Of a stretch of 64,000 nucleotides of DNA, positions 51,417 through 63,492 are shown in pieces (position 1 is the stretch's first letter; each line of letters opens with the position of its first letter). Source of the DNA: Phoronis australis (lineage: Eukaryota > Animalia > Phoronida); assembly GCA_002633005.1 (NCBI GenBank), contig NMRA01000269.1:469169-533168 (forward strand), written 5' to 3'. The translations under genes and the position numbers were made by a program. The notes beneath the pieces are model-generated. The model saw only the letters and a program-made list of their open reading frames with translations, ran no database searches and was not told the origin of the DNA.

Positions 51417-54026
51417 ATGGCCCAAGCAGATGGCAGGCAATGCTATCTGATCACTGTTCTACTGCTGCAAGTGTGTGTTATTTACGTGGTGAGCAGCTGT
51501 CCTCCACCATGTGTCTGTGGACTACAGAAGGTGGTGTGCAGTGGACAAGGTCTACTGGACATACCCCTCATGGTGCCAGGTGATACCGTCCTGTTGGACC
51601 TGAGCAACAATGAAATCAAGACCATCCACAATGAGTCTTTAGAGGGACTCGCACAATTGGAACATCTGAATCTAAGGGACAACCGTATTAGTCAGATTGA
51701 TAGCCAAGCTTTCACAGGACTTCCTAAGTTGAAAGTGCTAGATTTGGATGGAAATCAAATTGAACACTTCGTGAAGGCAAATTTATCGAGTTTAGCCGCG
51801 TTATCGGTTCTCAAATTGAACAGAAATCGTCTCCTAGACTTGGAGTGCAGTGAACTTGGGTGGCTTGGAAACCTGACTGAGTTGAATGCCCGACACAATA
51901 AACTGACAGTCTTTCCAGATAACTGCTTTGAAAAATTATCAAGCCTGCAAGTCCTTGATCTCAGTTGGAACAGACTTCACCTCATTTGTGAACACACGTT
52001 TATCGGACTACCCTCACTACATACACTCCTCTTAAATAACAACCACCTCCACCATGCAGTAACGCCCAACGCTTTCAAATCGCTGGTTCATTTAAGAACG
52101 TTAGACTTGGCAAAAGCAAATATATTTCGATTAACGAACAAAACATTTTCAGGACTTGCAAACCTCGTTCACCTCAACCTCAGTGATAATGCAATCAAGG
52201 ATATATGTCAGGGTGTATTCCACGCTCTGGTCAGCATTGAAACGTTGCAGCTAAGTGGGAACCCCATAGACATCATTCCTGACAATGGATTTGTTAAAAA
52301 CGAGCAATTGCAACAGCTTAAGCTCAACTCAATGCCAGATCTAGTTTTCTTCTATCCTAAAGCCTTTCATGGGTTGTCTAATTTGATCCTCCTGGAGTCA
52401 AGGGATAATAAAAGGATGCAAGTTTTGCACCGCGATGTTCTAGTGCCATTCAGACACATTGAAGTCCTCGATTTCACCAACAGTGGCATACAGTCGGTCC
52501 ATTCATCAGTTGTGCGTAACCTCACGTCAAATCCTCAATTACTGCTGGGTGGAAATCCTCTGAAGTGCAGTTGTGCTCTCTCGTGGATGAGAGTAAATCA
52601 GCGACAACTCAGAGTCAACATATCCGATTTAGACACTCTGAGATGTGACAGTCCCGAACGTCTTCATGGGAGACGTCTTATCGATGTTCCTCTAAACAAC
52701 TTGACGTGTGCAAAAGCCACAATAGCTAACCGCACTACCAGTGTGGTAACGTATCAGATAGGCTCATCTGTTGAACTGAAATGCCCTGCGTTGGGAGAGC
52801 CGCGACCCTCCATAACATGGGTGACACCTAGTGGTAAGAATTTCACCTACCTCCAGTATGACCCATACAGGTACTGGCCGAGTGAGGTGATTCTAGCTGA
52901 GCATGTGCAGAACGGATCATACCACATGGAGCACCATTGGCACGAGTCCAACAAATACCACACGTCATTTGGTGACTATCAGAGAATTCATCTGCTGGAC
53001 AACGGCAACCTATACATAGACTACGTAGTGCGTGGGGACGCTGGTCCGTACTCATGTCTCGTAGAAAATAGCGGAGGTAATGACTCTACTGTGATTCGAC
53101 TACATCTGGATTACTTTGTAATCCGCCAGGTTCGTGACTTTACATGTTTCGTAGGCGGAGCGACTGCTGGTGTTGCCTTACTGCTGTCCATTTTGTTTGC
53201 GAGTGTTCGCGCTTGCGTAGAGAAGTGTGCATCAGCATGCAGCAAGAGAAAGAAAACCGAACGCCGTGGTTTGCGGGAGATTCTCGGGAACATCGACACT
53301 TACCGAGCGGAACGCATGCAAACCCTCCGGGATAACTACCACCTTCACGTGGACAAGATCAAAGACCAGTGCTCGCAAAACCTACTACGATTACGCGAAA
53401 ACTATCACACACAGATTAGTAAAATACGCGAGAATTGCGCTGGCAAGATAGAACGCGTCCGCACAAACTACGCTAACCAGAAAGGTCGCCTTAAGGGGTA
53501 TGGCTCACACAAGGTAGAGAAGATCCGCGACAACTACAACGCCCAGATGGTCAAGATCCGAGAGTATGGCCACAACCAACTGAAGAAAATTCATGAAAAT
53601 TACAAAGTTCAGCAGCAGCACATATTGAAAATATTGGAAATGCTGAATATAGAAAACTGCAGGGGTGTGGTAGACGCCGAGTGTCTGCGCACAGAGTCCA
53701 TGTTGTTTGACGCGCAACTCCTGGTCGACTCAGATTCCATGGACACACCGGAAGCCGTTACGCCTGACAACCACAGCGTATCTGACTACATGACAGCGGG
53801 TAGTGTGTCCGAAGTGTGCTCCCTCTCTGACCAGGTGACAGGTAACAGAACAGATACAGGCGTGACGGAGCAAGGAACGCAGGTCGTGAACGAGACTATT
53901 GGAGATGCAAGAGGTGCCTCCTGCAAAAAGGATGACACCAATGGTGCCACTGTCTTTTTCCTAGGTAGCTCTGGTGACGACTTGGAATGTGGAAATGGGT
54001 CTCGGCAAGATACCTCAGTAGTATAA
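51417..54026 (+). CDS. LRR- and Ig-domain type-I transmembrane protein (LRRN-like; likely IGLR-2/CG16974 family), 869 aa, uninterrupted CDS nested antisense in a GLYR1 intron
   Basis: Hydrophobic signal peptide; LRRNT (CPPPCVC...VVC); about a dozen LxxLxLxxN repeats; LRRCT (GNPLKCSC..W...C..P); one Ig domain (C..W..D.G.Y.C); TM segment (FVGGATAGVALLLSILFA); cytoplasmic tail. An acceptor ccactttcag| at 51338-51339 suggests a spliced 5' UTR. Confidence 0.95.
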   Translation: MAQADGRQCYLITVLLLQVCVIYVVSSCPPPCVCGLQKVVCSGQGLLDIPLMVPGDTVLLDLSNNEIKTIHNESLEGLAQLEHLNLRDNRISQIDSQAFTGLPKLKVLDLDGNQIEHFVKANLSSLAALSVLKLNRNRLLDLECSELGWLGNLTELNARHNKLTVFPDNCFEKLSSLQVLDLSWNRLHLICEHTFIGLPSLHTLLLNNNHLHHAVTPNAFKSLVHLRTLDLAKANIFRLTNKTFSGLANLVHLNLSDNAIKDICQGVFHALVSIETLQLSGNPIDIIPDNGFVKNEQLQQLKLNSMPDLVFFYPKAFHGLSNLILLESRDNKRMQVLHRDVLVPFRHIEVLDFTNSGIQSVHSSVVRNLTSNPQLLLGGNPLKCSCALSWMRVNQRQLRVNISDLDTLRCDSPERLHGRRLIDVPLNNLTCAKATIANRTTSVVTYQIGSSVELKCPALGEPRPSITWVTPSGKNFTYLQYDPYRYWPSEVILAEHVQNGSYHMEHHWHESNKYHTSFGDYQRIHLLDNGNLYIDYVVRGDAGPYSCLVENSGGNDSTVIRLHLDYFVIRQVRDFTCFVGGATAGVALLLSILFASVRACVEKCASACSKRKKTERRGLREILGNIDTYRAERMQTLRDNYHLHVDKIKDQCSQNLLRLRENYHTQISKIRENCAGKIERVRTNYANQKGRLKGYGSHKVEKIRDNYNAQMVKIREYGHNQLKKIHENYKVQQQHILKILEMLNIENCRGVVDAECLRTESMLFDAQLLVDSDSMDTPEAVTPDNHSVSDYMTAGSVSEVCSLSDQVTGNRTDTGVTEQGTQVVNETIGDARGASCKKDDTNGATVFFLGSSGDDLECGNGSRQDTSVV

Positions 54027-54522
54027 ACATCGTGGTAAAATTTCTAACTAGCTCACAGCAATGTAGCCGACCCGCTAACACTGTTTCTTGTGAAATAGTG
54101 AACTGCTGCAACATCCACAACCCCAGCATAGTACTTCATAGATTTACAAATATTTGTAGATGATTTAGTGAAAATGAATGATTCAACAGTTACCTAAAGG
54201 TGTAATAATGAAATTGGACTGTTAAGTTAATGTTCTTTTCCTTTAGAGCAGTGTTTAAATTTTATGTTATTAAGACCTAGGTTAGACTTAGACATACTAA
54301 TTGTTGTTGAGTTTATTGCAGAACACAATTTTTTCAGAGTGTGAAATCTTAAACTGTACTTCACTTTCTAGTGAGCATAACTACTGGTCCTTGTTTTGCG
54401 GAATGATTTTAAGTTAAGTATATACAGAGGTGCCTAAGTTTTCACCTAATCAAAAACCAGGTGTTGAAAAGTGAAGTATTAAAAAAGATGTTCAAAAGAT
54501 AACAAAATGATGTAAACATTTG

Positions 54523-54528
54523 AATAAA
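54523..54528 (+). promoter_or_regulatory. Candidate polyadenylation signal for the LRR-Ig gene
   Basis: AATAAA about 500 nt after the stop codon; unverified. Confidence 0.3.
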
Positions 54529-57519
54529 TTCATGGAGCTCTAGTGAACCACAGCGAGACTGGTGGTGCAACAGATTCCCTCTCGCAGTGTACAAAGTCGG
54601 CCAGAAAATACGTTTGATTGGTTTACATGATGAAAGTCATGACCAGAATCCACTGCGAGCTTGGTGTTTAACAGTCAAGTACTGCCGATGTAACAGGAGA
54701 ACGTGCAATTTGAATATTGGACTAGTATTATTTAGATAATTGTGCAATCAAACATGTTCCAGCCAGTATTCCTGCGATGGCATGACGCCACGGGTGTATG
54801 GACCATCGTAAGATGATTTGAATCATAACTATTTATTGTGTAACTAGGAAATAGAAAGTCTGTCGGTAACTATAGGAAGCCAAAGCCACACTTCCACAAA
54901 AGTCAATGACTGCATTGGCTTAGACTGGGACAGTTTTACAGGTCATTGACCAGCTTATGAATGGGACTTGCCTTTTAATTAGGAGCATTGTAGTTACAAA
55001 CTGGTAAACATGTATGCAGTGATGGCTATAATAGTCCCTCAGTGCTACAGTGTACAAAGCGTTTCCCGGCTGACAAGAGCCTTGTTGTCAGCTTGGATGA
55101 TTATATGTGGTTCTAAAGGTATACCCTTTAGTTATTCGCTCAAACTGCAGGATTTTGAAGGTATTCTACATGAAAGACAAACTTGTTCAGACGACTGTGA
55201 CAGCTGAGTAGGTACTGTTCCATGACGAGAGCTCTTGAATAATCCATTGACATCATTCCCAGACAACTCACTCAAGTACATAGACACTGTGACCTAAATG
55301 TGTTGCTGGTTGTCTCAGTAATTGTCTATTAGGCAACCAAGGTTATGGCAAGTGCATTCCTCCATCAGACTTATTTTGCATGGGAAATTCTAGAATGGAC
55401 TTAACCCTTTGTCTAGGAATGAGTGTAAAGGGCTAGTCTCACATTAGGCAAAGTCAACAATGCTATTGTGAGTGACTGGTTGGAATGCTCTTTAGGTTCA
55501 AATCCAAGTTTGTGAGTATTGGAAAATATTTGAATTACAGCACCTTCATTGAGTACTGAAATATTTCAATCATTTTCCCAGCTCGTGTAGAAAGGACCAC
55601 AGTTAAACAGACATGCAGACAGCCTCATAGCACAATTGCAAATTCAGAGACCCTACCGTAATGTTCAAATTTTAAAAAACTGAAAAATCCAAGTTAGCAA
55701 ATCTGAAGTTTTGTGCTTATTCCGATCAGTATCGGGCACATTTTTTCAACAGGAGCATCAACAATGCCAACAATGCCACCATCAGACAGAATAAGGAACT
55801 ATTAAAACACGTCTACGTTTGTGAAGCGATTGCCAGTTGAGTTGAGACTAGAATCTTGAAACAAATTGTTCTGATAAGGGACCTCATATTTTGTGCTTCC
55901 TGCAATTAAAATTTGTGGATTCTGTTACAAAAAATACAACTCTGTGAATTAAGTCCATTTTCTGTATCCCTGTAAAACCGGTATCTTAAGAAATTGCTTT
56001 TGTACTGGTCTTCCACATAGTAACACAATGGTATGTCCATATGAACACACCGATCCAAGACCAAAGAAACTGATAACAAAACAATGCACACTTTTCGTAT
56101 TTCTACATTCTTGTACTGTTAGACTCTTAGATTCATTGTCTGTGCTTAGCTAGTTCATCATATTTTGCTTCACACCGTAGCATTCCTAATTTTACCATAA
56201 GAAGGACCAAAGGGAATTTAATTAATTCTGATCCTAGTTTTATAGGCAACCCAATTTATTTTGCTTCGAAGTTGGTATTTTGACTATACTTATCACTGTA
56301 GGTGGCTTTAACAAATTAAGTAACTTTCATTTTCACAATAACTAGATTTCTGTTTTCTATGTTATCTGCTCAAAACTCGCTCTATACTGCAGCATGGCAT
56401 CCTCTGCTACATTTGTGTTTGTTGGTTGATGTTAATTCATCTAAATTAAAAGTTACTGATGTTTACTCTAGTCGTTTCATTTCCAGGCAGATAGCCAAAT
56501 TCATACAGAAAAATTGCATCGCTTTGACTTACAAGAACACCGAGTCATGGTCAAGGAAGTAAATGAGAGGATCTCATACAGCGACAATGGTGACTATTGT
56601 TCGACTCAGTGTTGTAGCGACAATATAATGCAAAAGCAATCGTGCAAAATACCCTTTCTCCGTCATGATGGCTAATTTTTTGAACCGCAAAAAATTACTG
56701 GTTATACTTTTACGCGGACAAAATTCTAACTGCAGAATGTCATAGCCACACTACAAACTTAATTACCCACGATTCTCAGTCACGAGGGAAGACTTTACTG
56801 AAGACAAATTCAGTTTCTGCCCAGACGTCACGTCACTACGGGGAATTTCAGGTCGTAATGTCTGAATACTTTTGGCTTGTACGGTTTACACTGAAGTTCA
56901 GAATCAATTACTTTCACTAGATTACTGGCAAGACCAAAATGATTTAGATGCCAACTTGTCTCCTAAAAGAATCCTATACACATGTTCACACTTAACCGTT
57001 GAGAACTTCCTTTCAGAAATGATTGGAATTGTTTTCACGGCATTTAAAATCAGAGGTAACGAAAAACAAACTTGAATAATGTTGGAACTCTTGGACAAAC
57101 GTAGACACAGGAACTTGTATCTGCACATGGGCGATTTACTAGTAGATGTTACATGCCCAATCTGAGTAGAATTGACTCGATTGCTCGTTCGCACTTCACT
57201 AGGTAGAATTCGGTTTAGGTTAAATAAATTCAGCCACCTTCCCGAGTGGGCTAAGGTTGAATCAAATAAAGCTAAGGCGCTTTCGTTTTAGAGTCAATGG
57301 GCAATACAAGATGGCATAATCCACCTTAAGAAGGCAATAACTGAATTCTGCTACATAAGCTATGTTTATCAAAACATGGTTAAAATTGCAAAGCATGTAA
57401 AAACGCTAAAAATTACTTGATTAGGGGCCATTCATTTCACATGAAGTTACACACCGTACCATCGAAACGGTAAAATCCCACCAATTCCTGACAAAAATAA
57501 CGGCCAAAAGTGCATTGAC

Positions 57520-58000
57520 GAGAGCAACACAGAGCATTAAAATGTGCCAACCACACTGGGAAGTGTTTAATAATATAAAGAAGACCACTAAGTGGCACAG
57601 TATTTGTCAAACCGTCTAAAATGAGTCCTCATTGTCTCCCTTGAACAGAAATCGCAGATGTCAAAAACATACTCGAGAATTACAAAAATTCCAACTAGGT
57701 GGTGCAGAATACATCAAATCTGTTCAAAAAAAGGAAGAAGCCATCATCTTAATAGCAAGGAATTTGCCAAGTTTTATGAAAACCCAAAGGAACTTCAGAG
57801 ATAGAGATGCAAAGGCAAAAAACTAAAATTGTCACTCGGGGCACAGCGATAGTCGGATCAGTTCAAAATCCGTGGCCTTCTGTAGTCAGCTTGATAGGGT
57901 CACACCTGCCAAATCTGATTAAGATCCTGCAAGGGGTTTAGGAGATACAGCAGTGGACACAAGATGACCACAGAGAACTGATGGCAATATGCAACCACAT
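57520..58000 (-). mobile_element. Degenerate copy of the GCCACTAG Helentron-type family
   Basis: Starts with agagcaacacagagcattaaaatgtgcc (compare 8193-8220); contains aagatcctgcaaggggtttaggagatacagc. Confidence 0.6.
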
Positions 58001-58639
58001 ACACATCAAAATTGTTGTTAATTCCCACAATTTTTCAATATCTTGTTTAATGGTAGATAGGTGCAGTACTACAAATGTTTTATGAAGAACATAAATTTCA
58101 CTTGTCAGAGACATTTTATGTCCTTATTTGGTGAGATTTTACACGGGGACTTTAAGGTTATGTAGGATGCCCAGAAATACGTCGGAATTTGGCCAACTTT
58201 GGAATATCATATCTCAGAAATGACTGATCGGATTCATGACACGCTTAATGCGCAGTTCCCCATAATACTACTAACGTTCCAAGGGCTATCGAAGTACACT
58301 GGGACTTGCATGACATTATGAAAAATCTCACAAGTTGTACAAAACAAAAATGAAATGATAATTTAGAAAACTGCAACGGCATTTTTGAGATTTCACTTTC
58401 AACAATTATATCAAATGAACATTGGTCACGTTATTGATACCATCATTTCGCTATCAATGAGCAAAAGTAATGGAAAGACATGGTCACGTGACCCAATTGA
58501 TGGCAGATTGGTAAAGTCAAAAATAAATTCTAAACCATTCCTACTTTCGGAAAATATGTATATTATCAAGTTAGCATTCTACAGTTATTTAAATATTTGG
58601 CTAAACACACTGGCTTCCCAGTCGACAGGAAACTATATA

Positions 58640-58960
58640 ATACAAATTTCACGGAAAGCACCAAGAAACTCGGAAATTACAGAGGCAAACGAAAAAAAAA
58701 AACTGCCACTAGGGAGCACGGTTGGACGGGTATGAAACTCGACGCCACCTTTTGCCGTCTCCATAGGAAAACATCTGCTAAATTTCACAAAGATCTTACA
58801 AAGGATAAAAGGAGATGCAGCAGTGGACCTGCCAAATTTCACAAAAACTGCAAGGGGATTTACAGATAGAGCAGTGGATGCAGACGGGCACAAGGATGCG
58901 TGATGAATGGATGTTCTACAGAGATGCAATACGCACCTACATATGTACATGTGGGCAAAC
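58640..58960 (-). mobile_element. Degenerate fragment of the GCCACTAG Helentron-type family (hairpin end)
   Basis: aactgccactagg monomer, decayed microsatellite and acatatgtacatgtgggc hairpin remnant. Confidence 0.55.
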
Positions 58961-59088
58961 AAGTACATTTTCAGAGAAGGCAAACTAACACTTTCACAAC
59001 AACAATTCCCAAGTCATAAAAATATAAGGAGATAACATATTCAAAAAACATTTTCTTAATAATTCAATACATCTTCGCTGTGTCTTAC

Positions 59089-59277
59089 CTTTGAGGCAGT
59101 TCTGTTCCAGACGGTGACCTCATGACCTGCCCGTAACAAGCTGGTTACCACCCCTTGTCCTATATTGCCCAATCCAAGGAAGCCTATTTTCAGGGGTGTG
59201 GCTATGACACTTCTAGATGGCTTGATTGGCGACGTCATTGTGATTGTGCTGTCGCCAGCTGCTACTAGGTCACTGTC
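59089..59277 (-). CDS. GLYR1: GLYR1/NPAC exon: start of the NAD(P)-binding Rossmann domain (DSDLVAAGDST...KIGFLGLGNIGQGVVTSLLRAGHEVTVWNRTASK)
   Basis: GxGxxG dinucleotide-binding motif and WNRT motif of beta-hydroxyacid dehydrogenases; ccctatag| acceptor, |gtaag donor; 189 nt, phase 0-0. Confidence 0.93.
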
Positions 59278-59699
59278 CTATAGGGAAGATCCAGAAGGAA
59301 TGGATTTCAGAATTGGGGATGGACTACAACTTTAGGAAAAACATCAAGTGTTTCAACATTGTCACTCAAACTTTCTCCACCATGTTCGCAACACAAATGA
59401 AGAAAAATCAAAACTGCTTTATGAACAGTAATGGAAACGGTAATTCACAGGGTGATAGTTTATATACGGCACACAAGGGGGGTTTTGTCATTTGCGTTGC
59501 AAATATGGTATGGAATAATACACCAAAACACGTCAACCTTGAAAAGTCTTGAAGGTTAAGGCAATTGCTTTTCACTGTCACTTTAGATTAAATTACCATT
59601 TTCTGGTTATCATAGAAATACGTTTTATCTTCTTTAGATTTGACATGTAGACAATAGCACTGCAAACCGTGTGCTTTAAGATGGTGCAGAATGCGTAAA

Positions 59700-61235
59700 A
59701 CCCATCCGAACTGAGAAGGTGGTGTCTCTGTAAAACACTACCCGGTATTGGCCAAATTTCATGAAAATAAGCCAAGGAACTCCTAAGATACAGAGACAAA
59801 AACAATTGACACTAGGGGGCACAGTTATAGTCGATTGCTCTGAAACTCATCGTCATCTGTTGCCATCTCTACAGAAGCCCATTGCCAAACGTTCGCAAAG
59901 ATTCTTCAAAGGGTTAAGGAGATGCAAAATAGAGCCTAAAGGCACCAGAATACGCAAAAACATCTGAAAATCAACATCAGCCAGGGTCTTTACATCAGGT
60001 ACACAACAGCCGATTTTCATAATCGTCCTTTGAGTGGTTTGGCAGATAGAAAGGCAGATGTCAAAAACGTATGCAAAAATCTTTAAATGACCACCAGGAG
60101 GGGCAGAAAACATCAAATCAGCCCGAAAATGGGAAGGTGTTGTCACCTCCTTAATAGAAACCTATTTGCCTAATTCCATGAAAATACATTCATGAACTTA
60201 GAAGACACCGAGGTAAATGTAAGAAACATTTTGTTACTAGAGGGCACAGTGGTATTTGGATTAGTTCGACATGGTACCGTTTGTTGTTGGCTCCACAGGA
60301 ATAAATCGTTCATTTTTCAAAGCTCGTTCAAAGGGTTAAGGACATTCGGCCTCAGACGCGAAAAAAACAAAATCACCACAAGGGGGCGACACAGTAATTG
60401 GACCCATTTGAAAGTAAACTTCCATCATGGCCCTCTCACCAGGAACACATCTGTTAATTCTCATGATCCTTTAAGTGGTATGACAGATATGGAGGTGGAC
60501 GCCAGAAAACAGAATAAAAAATAACAAAAAATGGCCACCAGGTGGCACAGAAAACATCAAATCTGTCTGAAAATAGGAAGGCATTGTCATCTCTTTAATA
60601 GAAACCTATTTGCTGAATTTCATGAAAATACATTACTAAAGAAACAAAAAGGCAAACGTAAAAAAAACATTTTGCCACTATGGGTCACTGTAGTGGACCA
60701 ATTCCACACTAGTTATTGTTCGTTCTCGGCTCCGTAGGGAATACATCTTTCATATTTCACAAAGCTAGTTCAAAGGGTTAAACAGATTCGGTCTCAGACA
60801 CAAAAAAATAATTGCCACTAGGAGGCGACATAGCAGTCAGACCCATCCGAAACTCAACATCAGTCGTGGCCTTCTCACCACCAACACATCTGTAAATTTT
60901 TACGATGATCCTTTAAGCGGTATGGCAGATAGAAAGGCAGACGTCAGAATACGGACGCAAAAATAACAAAAATGTTCACGAATTGGCATAAAATTTGTCA
61001 AATCTGTTCGAAAATGGAGTAGCATCATTGCCTCCAAAGATACAGAGGCAAACGCACAAAACGTAAAATTTCCACTAAGGGGCACAGCCGTAATCAGGTT
61101 GGTAAGAAACTCGTGGTCATCTGTCGTCAGCCACATAGGAACACACCTACCAAACTTCAATAAGATCCTGCATGGGGTTTAGGAGATACGGACGTGGACG
61201 CCAGACATGCACCCATAATAACTGCGTGGGCATTG
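59700..61235 (-). mobile_element. Older, diverged copy of the GCCACTAG Helentron-type element (about ten monomers)
   Basis: Recurrent (g)ccactag/ccaccag monomers at ~145-160 bp spacing, ending in ggacgtggacgccagac...atgcaccca..tgggcat. Confidence 0.7.
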
Positions 61236-61955
61236 TCTGCTCACATTTAGAGTCAAAACCACCAAAGTGAATGCTGGTAACAGGATGCCAGAAACAAACA
61301 TTGGTTTCAAATAATGTTGTTCTTGATTAAAAGTTAGTCTGTATTTATGATTCTAACAACTGTTATCAGTTTATATACATTTTGAATATGAATATTTCTA
61401 TCTAATGTAGCACAGCAAACAGCTAAACATTGTATTCATAAAACCTATTGTGGAAAATTGAAAAATAATTAACTGTATTTCATCACCTCCTCTTCCACAG
61501 TTGCGTTTCATACGATTCCCTTCGAAGCGCAGAGCGCACTATATTTTTTCACAAAACATGTCCCCTTAGGAACCTTAGAGAATTAACTATTCTTGTATCA
61601 CAATGTTAAGATGAGAAGAACATGCAGCTGATACCTTCAAATAAGTCTGAGATTTCCCTCAAATAAATAGAAAAACAAACGAAACGAACACGTCATTTAT
61701 TTGAAATAAACGAATCTCCGCGACTGTTTTATAATGAGTTGGTGAATGTGTTTGGGTCAATTTACACTCCCCGACCTTTCCAGGCTCATAAATACTCACT
61801 TGAACACTCGAATATACTAAATCACGATTGTTAGAGACGTCATTGCTACAATACCTAATAAGAAAGCATACCTTAAAACCAAGCAAATTTCCTGCCAACA
61901 AAATTTAAAAAAAGATGGTGTGTTCTGTCAAATTCTGCGAAAGCAACAATCTTAC

Positions 61956-62078
61956 CCTGGCCTTTTTTGGTGTGCCTGGTGTCTTTACAACCATTTTTTG
62001 TTTCTTCGGCTTCACTGTTGGAACAGTGTCAGAGTTTTCCCTTTTCCTCGGCCTTTTCTCCTTTTCGGATTCTTCTTT
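61956..62078 (-). CDS. GLYR1: GLYR1/NPAC Lys/Arg-rich linker exon (KEESEKEKRPRKRENSDTVPTVKPKKQKMVVKTPGTPKKAR)
   Basis: Acceptor tttttag| and strong donor |gtaag; 123 nt, phase 0-0. Basic NLS-like composition fits the NPAC linker. Confidence 0.75.
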
Positions 62079-62409
62079 CTAAAAATCAAGTTTTAATTCT
62101 AGACAATAACTGTGTCAGACAAAATAAAAGAGCATGTGGCACTTTTGCCACCCCAAAACGTTTTGTTATATTGTGATGGAGAGTTGTAGAATCGCATGTC
62201 GCTTTCCCACCAACGCCACAAGGAGGAACTCCATTCTATCGCAACCCCACCACAACTCCAGTAAGTACCTTTCCCATTGACTGGCGACATCAGAGTTACC
62301 CTTAGTTCTCTGATTTAAACACCAGGAGGCGTATTTGAATCACACTCAAGAACTAATGAATTCGAGATAAATCTCCAGGCATTTAAGGTGAATAATGCGA
62401 GACTGATGA

Positions 62410-62572
62410 AGGGGTTGATCCAAGATTTTGAGTTGGGGGGGGGGTGGTCCCAGGGCAGAATTTAGCCAGGATTTTGCCCGTCAGACATTCGCACCTCCGC
62501 ACTGCCTAATGGAATCTGGGAGAATTTTAGAGGAGGCATGGCCCCCTTGGCTCCCCTCTAAATCCGCCACTG
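62410..62572. mobile_element. Second copy of the CAGGGGCGGATC-type MITE
   Basis: Colinear with 51022-51177, ends ctaaatccgccactg. Confidence 0.65.
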
Positions 62573-63242
62573 TGATCCATGCTTTTCTCTTTCCGTTGCC
62601 CCATTCCTTTACGTGTGACTATAGGAAGTTGGTAATGAAAGACGCTGGAGTGATGACTGTCTTGATGTCATGACCTTTAAAGATGTAAATGCATTCTCCT
62701 AACTACGCTATCATATAGCAGGAACTAAACGACAATGCTATTTAAACATCATCTACGCTAAACAAAGTGCAGTTGTATCCACTGACAACTTGTAAATGTG
62801 AAAACAAAACATTTTGCAAATAGGTGACCTTTGCACTAATGACGTACCTTGAAGGCTCACATAGCCCGCATCATACATTGTTATTCCCCAACACTATGAC
62901 ACGATACTTACTGGACACGCTTCAGTGATTTACGGCGGATCATTTTCAACACAAAACTCATTCTTAAAAACAATAGCTAATTTTAAATGTACCATACTTC
63001 ATATTCACATCGTTGTTACATGTTGTGTTTATAACTAATTTGACGAAGCAATCACCGAGATAAAGAAATAGCGTGCAAGTTCCACTTTAAGGAATTAGTG
63101 CAGCCGACGTGGAGATAGCGGTTCCCACTACAGCGAAGTTGAGCAACTCCACACTTAACTCACATATTTCGAGAGGAGTTGCAATGGCTAATGAAGTCCA
63201 GGAGTAACGCTTTCCCATCGAGCATAACTCAGCGAAACAGGA

Positions 63243-63334
63243 GAGTTGCGGCGCTGGTTGGAAAGCAGCATTAGAGTTGCGGCGCTGGTGGGAAAGCAAC
63301 ATTACAGTTGCGATGCTGGTGCAAAAGCAACATT
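63243..63334. repeat. 30-bp minisatellite, 3 copies (GAGTTGCGGCGCTGGTGGGAAAGCAACATT-like)
   Basis: Directly visible tandem units. Confidence 0.85.
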
Positions 63335-63492
63335 AAATAACAAGCTGTAGTAGACTTAAATAGCAAACATCTGACAGGTAACTCCACAGAACGGTCAGAG
63401 CATGGAGGCATCTGTCGCTTGACCCAATTTCAAATTTTTTGGAAGGTAAAGTGAGGAGAGTTGAGAGGAACAAAAGGCTATCACACACCAAC

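Noticed and set aside
51482-54129. Several short ORFs overlapping the LRR-Ig CDS in other frames or strand
   Set aside because: Shadow ORFs of a genuine coding sequence with no independent signal.
30464-59277. Horizontally acquired bacterial/plant-type hydroxyacid dehydrogenase or HIBADH
   Set aside because: Multi-intron structure, animal GLYR1-like wording ([26 protein letters not shown]) and a basic nuclear-type linker favour a vertically inherited GLYR1.
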